The translations under genes were made by a program, and so were the position numbers. This document shows, piece after piece, positions 59,632-64,000 of a stretch of 64,000 nucleotides of DNA; the first letter of the stretch is position 1; each line of letters begins with the position of its first letter. Source of the stretch: a virus; the IMG/VR virus record IMGVR_UViG_3300027771_000009, positions 16,881 through 80,880 of that record. One strand, written 5' to 3'. A model generated the notes under the pieces. It made no database searches and had not been told where the DNA came from. It saw only the letters and a program-made list of their open reading frames with translations.

Positions 59632-59723
59632 AAAGCTTGTGTACGTTAATTCAATTTCGTATATTAGTATGGTAGTTGAGTGAGGAAGTTCTCACCAACT
59701 CACAACGGAGGTTCGAATACCTC
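59632..59723 (+). promoter_or_regulatory. Promoter + leader hairpin element, copy 3
   Basis: Same consensus; stems AGTTG/CAACT and GTGAG/CTCAC; second hairpin GAGGT/ACCTC. Confidence 0.75.
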
Positions 59724-59755
59724 AATTAATAATTAATAACTTAAAAGAAAAGTTT

Positions 59756-61030
59756 ATGTTAAACACACAAAACACGCCCCCATCAATCAAAGAGGTACAA
59801 CTTGGGGATGTACCTAAAATTTATGAAGGATATCTTTATCGCTACACTAATTTAGATAACAACAAAGTTTATGTTGGTGTTCATAAAGGATATGTTGGTG
59901 ATGGGTATTGGCACTCATCTACAAATAAGGAATTTGGTAAAGAATTTCAAAGTTCCGATGGAAACTTTAAATTTGAGATTTTAGAATATGGTAATTACGC
60001 TGAGATGACAGTATCTGAAAGAAAGATTCTAAAAGATAACGATGCTAGAAATAATCCTATGTTTTACAACAAATCAAATGGCTCCGCTAAGTTTTCTCAG
60101 CCTGATAATGAGTTGATGTTAGAACTTTACACTAAGATATCAAACAAAGAGTTTCCAATTACGTATGAATCAATTGATGATGTGTATGAATTGGCGAGAT
60201 TACAAGTTCGTTCTGAGGAGATAAAGGAACATCGTTTAGAAATCAAAGAAAAAATTGATGATGCTGGTGGTAATACTGATGGGTGTAATCCTATCGTAAT
60301 TTACGAAGGTAGACAATCTGGTAAAGATATTATTGGTGATGGTAACCATACAGTGGGTGGGGCTAAGGATGCTAAACATTCTACTGTTGTTCCTGTAATT
60401 AGAATTCCAAAAGAGGTTCATGAACAATATACGAATGATGAACTTAAAGGTGTTAGTAACTTTCAAAACAAAAGACCTGAAACCATCAAAAGGGCAATGA
60501 GTGCTGATGATGCAGTTAAGTACATAGTAGGTGTTTATACAAATGGTACTCCATACGATTCAATTGGAAATAAAGAGTATTTAGGGCTTTGTGGTTTTAC
60601 CAAACGAAGAATCACTACAATTCTTAAAAAAGCAAAAGTGGAAATTGATAAGAACAATTTGGCTTTGGCTAACAAACTTTGGATTGATTATACTGATAAA
60701 GTTCACATTAAAACTAAAGATGCAGTTGTTGAGGGATTCAGAGATAGTAACACAATTTCAATGGCTTTCACATCAGCTATGTTTAAGTGGGATAATATTT
60801 TTAATACTATATTTGCTCACACCGAATACAATGAAACGACTAAAACATATAAACCCACTAAAACCAATGTAATGATTACGATATATCATCCTAATCCAGA
60901 CGCTGAAGAGAATTGGAAAACAATTCATCAACCTGTTGTCTGGTCCAAATTGAAATATTACCTATCACCATTGGGTTATACATTTAACGTACATGAGCTG
61001 GTTTCAACAATGGTAAATAAATTAGATTAA
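59756..61030 (+). CDS. GIY-YIG (Seg-like) domain fused to a ParB/Srx-like domain
   Basis: GYLYRYTN...VYVGVH...DGY...FEILE...E...FYNKS; then PIVI...IIGDGNHT. Confidence 0.6.
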   Translation: MLNTQNTPPSIKEVQLGDVPKIYEGYLYRYTNLDNNKVYVGVHKGYVGDGYWHSSTNKEFGKEFQSSDGNFKFEILEYGNYAEMTVSERKILKDNDARNNPMFYNKSNGSAKFSQPDNELMLELYTKISNKEFPITYESIDDVYELARLQVRSEEIKEHRLEIKEKIDDAGGNTDGCNPIVIYEGRQSGKDIIGDGNHTVGGAKDAKHSTVVPVIRIPKEVHEQYTNDELKGVSNFQNKRPETIKRAMSADDAVKYIVGVYTNGTPYDSIGNKEYLGLCGFTKRRITTILKKAKVEIDKNNLALANKLWIDYTDKVHIKTKDAVVEGFRDSNTISMAFTSAMFKWDNIFNTIFAHTEYNETTKTYKPTKTNVMITIYHPNPDAEENWKTIHQPVVWSKLKYYLSPLGYTFNVHELVSTMVNKLD

Positions 61031-62169
61031 TGAATTTTTGGGAAGCAATTGATTACAAAAACGCTAGGAAAGTGTTGGTAATTCCAAATATAACGAATAG
61101 TTCTAACATTGAAAAGGATTCCTTTATTGATGTATTGTATAATCACATAAAAGCTTTGGATAGTCGTGGTGACTACTATTGGAATGTGTTAGTTCCAAAA
61201 GGTAATGTTACTAAGAAATTAAATCTACCTAATGTTAAGCAAATTGAGATTCACATTCCCGGTGATATGATGAATCAAAGAGCATTCCCATCGGTTGATT
61301 TAATGAAGGTATTGCGAGATGTTGAGTATGATGTTATATATTCACATCTACCAGATTGGCCACAAGTTGGTAGATATGCTAAGTTTGGAACTAAGATTAT
61401 TGGTTATACACATTGGTTTGAGGGTGCAAAGCATCTACCTTGTAATGGTATCGATAGACGGGCTGGTAAGGCAAAGTGGTTGTGGTTACCAATTGAACTT
61501 TTGGGAATTTCTCAAATGGAAACCTGCTATCTAAATACACAGGACCAAAAGAATAGAGTTCTTGCTGAAGCAAAGGAACTATTCAATGATGAGTTTGTTC
61601 AAAAATTAGATAATATACTTACAGTCTGGAATTTGGGTGTTGAGAAATCTAAGATTGTACATACACCATCAACTGATAAGCAAAACATCATTGTGTTTAA
61701 TCATAGACCCGCTGCATATAAAGGATATCCTAAATTCATTGAGTTAATGAGAGAATATCGTAAACAAAGACAAGATTTCACAGTATGGGTTCCTCAGTTA
61801 AGTGGACAATCACCTGAAAGTTGGATTGATAACTCCAAATCACCAAAGCATGAATATTACCAAAGATTGCAAGATTGTATTGTTGGTATTCAAATGAGGC
61901 AATCGAATTATGGTTGGTCTGTAAGTGGTACTGATTGTATGATGAACGGAACTCCAATGGTTTGGCAAGAATCTGATTGTTATAGAGAAATAGACCCAAA
62001 TGGTTTATTTTGGAATAAGAAAGTAGATTTCTTCAATATCTTAGATAAGATATTAGATGATACTACGTATCGTAATGAATTGGATTTGAAAGCAATTCAA
62101 AGAGCAACTGAACTCTCACAAAATGAAGCTACGATGATTGATAAATTACATAAAAAACTAAATTCATAA
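61030..62169 (+). CDS. GT-B fold glycosyltransferase (GT4-like), possibly DNA-modifying
   Basis: YDVIYSHLP; IVFNHR...KGY; GWSVSGTDCMMNGTP; TAATG overlap with the upstream gene. Confidence 0.7.
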   Translation: MNFWEAIDYKNARKVLVIPNITNSSNIEKDSFIDVLYNHIKALDSRGDYYWNVLVPKGNVTKKLNLPNVKQIEIHIPGDMMNQRAFPSVDLMKVLRDVEYDVIYSHLPDWPQVGRYAKFGTKIIGYTHWFEGAKHLPCNGIDRRAGKAKWLWLPIELLGISQMETCYLNTQDQKNRVLAEAKELFNDEFVQKLDNILTVWNLGVEKSKIVHTPSTDKQNIIVFNHRPAAYKGYPKFIELMREYRKQRQDFTVWVPQLSGQSPESWIDNSKSPKHEYYQRLQDCIVGIQMRQSNYGWSVSGTDCMMNGTPMVWQESDCYREIDPNGLFWNKKVDFFNILDKILDDTTYRNELDLKAIQRATELSQNEATMIDKLHKKLNS

Positions 62170-62176
62170 AATAGAC

Positions 62177-62359
62177 ATGAAAAAATTAAATAAGATGTTA
62201 GCGGAGTTTGACTCCAAAGGAGTATTCCCATATGATAAAGAATTATCTGAGGTAGCTAAAGAAAAAAACGGATTAGATTCAGAATATGATGTGGAGATGA
62301 TGTTAATTGAGAGAGCTAGGAGCGATGAATCGCATCCCTACCATAAGATGGTAATATAA
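62177..62359 (+). CDS. Hypothetical protein
   Basis: 60-aa ORF that fills the gap. Confidence 0.5.
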   Translation: MKKLNKMLAEFDSKGVFPYDKELSEVAKEKNGLDSEYDVEMMLIERARSDESHPYHKMVI

Positions 62360-62424
62360 ATCAAAAAATTAATTAGGAATAATCAAATATATTTTGTATA
62401 TTTGAATAAATCAAAAAACACTTA

Positions 62425-64000
62425 ATGTACCAAAATATATATTATCAAAGAGAACGAAACCTTATCCACTTATGGGATGATAAATTGGGCTATCGTACAT
62501 TCCCATACACTCGTTATGCTTATGAAAAAGCAGAAAATGGGGAATGTATTTCATTGTATGGTGAACGATGTACAAAAATTTACAAATATAGTAAAGATGA
62601 TTTAAATTTATTAGAATCCGATGTACCTGAAACTACGAGAGTTTTAGTTGATACATATACTGATTCTGATTTACCATCAGAGGGACACGTTATCCTTACA
62701 TATGATATTGAGTGTGAAATGGAAAGTGGCTTACCCGATCCTGAAGAAGCTACCAATGAATTAACATCAATCGCTTTACATGATTCGGCAACTAAGCAAG
62801 CTTGGGTATTGGTTATGGATAAAGCTGGTGAGATGTTGGAAAAAACAACTGATAAAGCAATAGTACTTCCATTCAGAACCGAAGAAGATATGTTGATGAA
62901 GTATTTAGAGTTGTATGAGATGATTAATCCAACTATTGTAACTGGATGGAACATTGATTACTTTGATACACCTATGTTATACAATCGTATCAAACGATTA
63001 TTAGGTAAACAACACGCTAATAGATTATCACCTATTGGGGAATGTTTCTGGTCACCTTATCGCAAAAGATTCTTTATGGCTGGTGTATCTTACTTAGATT
63101 ATATGGCTCTTTACAAAAACTTTACATATTCTGAATTAGATTCATATCGATTGGATAGTATCGCTCAGAAAGAATTAGGTAGAGGTAAGATTGAATATGA
63201 AGGAAACTTAGATTTACTTTTTAAAGATGATATTGAGAAATTCATTGAGTATAACTTAGTGGATGTTGAATTGGTAGTTGATTTTGAAGCAAAGTTACAA
63301 TTTATTGATACTGCTAGAGGTATCTGTCATGCTGGACACGTTCCATATGAAGATTTTGTATATTCATCAAAATACCTTGAGGGAGCACTACTTTGTTATC
63401 TAAAAAGAAAGAGTATCGTAGCACCTAACAAACCTGCTGATAGAAGAGAACGAATGGAAGCTCTTAAAGAAAATAAGCAAGAGAAGTTCATTGGGGCATA
63501 CGTAAAAGCACCAATTGTTGGAAAGTATGATTGGATATATGATTTAGATTTAACATCTCTATATCCATCTATTATTATGACTATCAATATTTCACCTGAA
63601 ACTAAGATGGGTAAGATTGAAGATTGGGATGCACAGGATTTCGTAAAAGATAAGAGAGAACTTTGGAAAATCAATGGAGATACTATTAAGCAAGAGAATT
63701 TAAAGTTATTCTTAGAACGTAGTAAGTATTCAGTTGCATCCAATGGTGTTTTGTATAGAACCGATATAGTAGGTTGTATTCCTGATATCTTAGACTTGTG
63801 GTTCTCACAAAGGGTAGAGTTTAGAAAGTTAGAGAAGAAGTATGGTGAAAGTGGAGAAAAAGAAAAGTACGCATTCTATAAGAAGAGGCAATTAGTACAA
63901 AAGATTCTGCTTAACTCACTTTATGGCGTCCTCGGTCTTCCTGCCTTCCGCTTCTATGATGTGGATAACGCTACCGCAGTAACAACAACTGGACAGACTG
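62425..64000 (+). CDS. polB: Family B DNA polymerase, 3'-truncated by the window edge
   Basis: Manual translation from ATG 62425: ExoI YDIECE, ExoII TGWNIDYFD, ExoIII YNLVD, motif A DLTSLYPS, motif B KILLNSLYG. Missing from the track because there is no stop in the window. Confidence 0.95.
   Translation, partial: MYQNIYYQRERNLIHLWDDKLGYRTFPYTRYAYEKAENGECISLYGERCTKIYKYSKDDLNLLESDVPETTRVLVDTYTDSDLPSEGHVILTYDIECEMESGLPDPEEATNELTSIALHDSATKQAWVLVMDKAGEMLEKTTDKAIVLPFRTEEDMLMKYLELYEMINPTIVTGWNIDYFDTPMLYNRIKRLLGKQHANRLSPIGECFWSPYRKRFFMAGVSYLDYMALYKNFTYSELDSYRLDSIAQKELGRGKIEYEGNLDLLFKDDIEKFIEYNLVDVELVVDFEAKLQFIDTARGICHAGHVPYEDFVYSSKYLEGALLCYLKRKSIVAPNKPADRRERMEALKENKQEKFIGAYVKAPIVGKYDWIYDLDLTSLYPSIIMTINISPETKMGKIEDWDAQDFVKDKRELWKINGDTIKQENLKLFLERSKYSVASNGVLYRTDIVGCIPDILDLWFSQRVEFRKLEKKYGESGEKEKYAFYKKRQLVQKILLNSLYGVLGLPAFRFYDVDNATAVTTTGQT

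Noticed and set aside
62580-63743. Minus-strand ORFs 62580..62954 and 63396..63743
   Set aside because: Antisense to the clear PolB frame.
1-64000. Stop-codon reassignment
   Set aside because: Conserved genes are intact under the standard code, and TAA, TAG and TGA all end genes at sensible positions.
52035-64000. Introns or inteins in nrdA, nrdB or polB
   Set aside because: Motif spacing looks normal and the frames are uninterrupted within the window.
1-64000. tRNA or rRNA genes
   Set aside because: No cloverleaf or rRNA-like segment seen in the short intergenic gaps. The GTTCGAAT at ~59711 sits in a simple hairpin with no other tRNA arms.

Overview
AT-rich segment of a large contractile-tailed (myovirus, loosely T4-like) phage genome. 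Every credible gene is on the + strand and uses the standard code. Left (1-41 kb): virion genes, including two ~3,900-aa fibre-like proteins with proline-free Gly-Ser/Thr triplet tracts, then sheath, tube, chaperone, tape measure and baseplate genes. Right (41-64 kb): replication, nucleotide and DNA-modification genes (short PolA, gp32-like SSB, RecA/UvsX, flap nuclease, DnaB-like helicase, NrdAB, thioredoxin, two Mom-like genes, GIY-YIG/ParB fusion, glycosyltransferases, PolB running off the end). Repeated TAnnTTTG promoter motifs suggest a Bacteroidota host. Best leads: a candidate multi-layer DNA-modification island; a PolA lacking its steric-gate Glu; an Hc1-like gene and a SET gene flanking nrdB; a promoter-plus-hairpin cassette array; a ~90-bp tandem promoter array before ssb; and a +1/-2 chaperone frameshift. 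All product calls come from motif recognition by eye; no searches were run.
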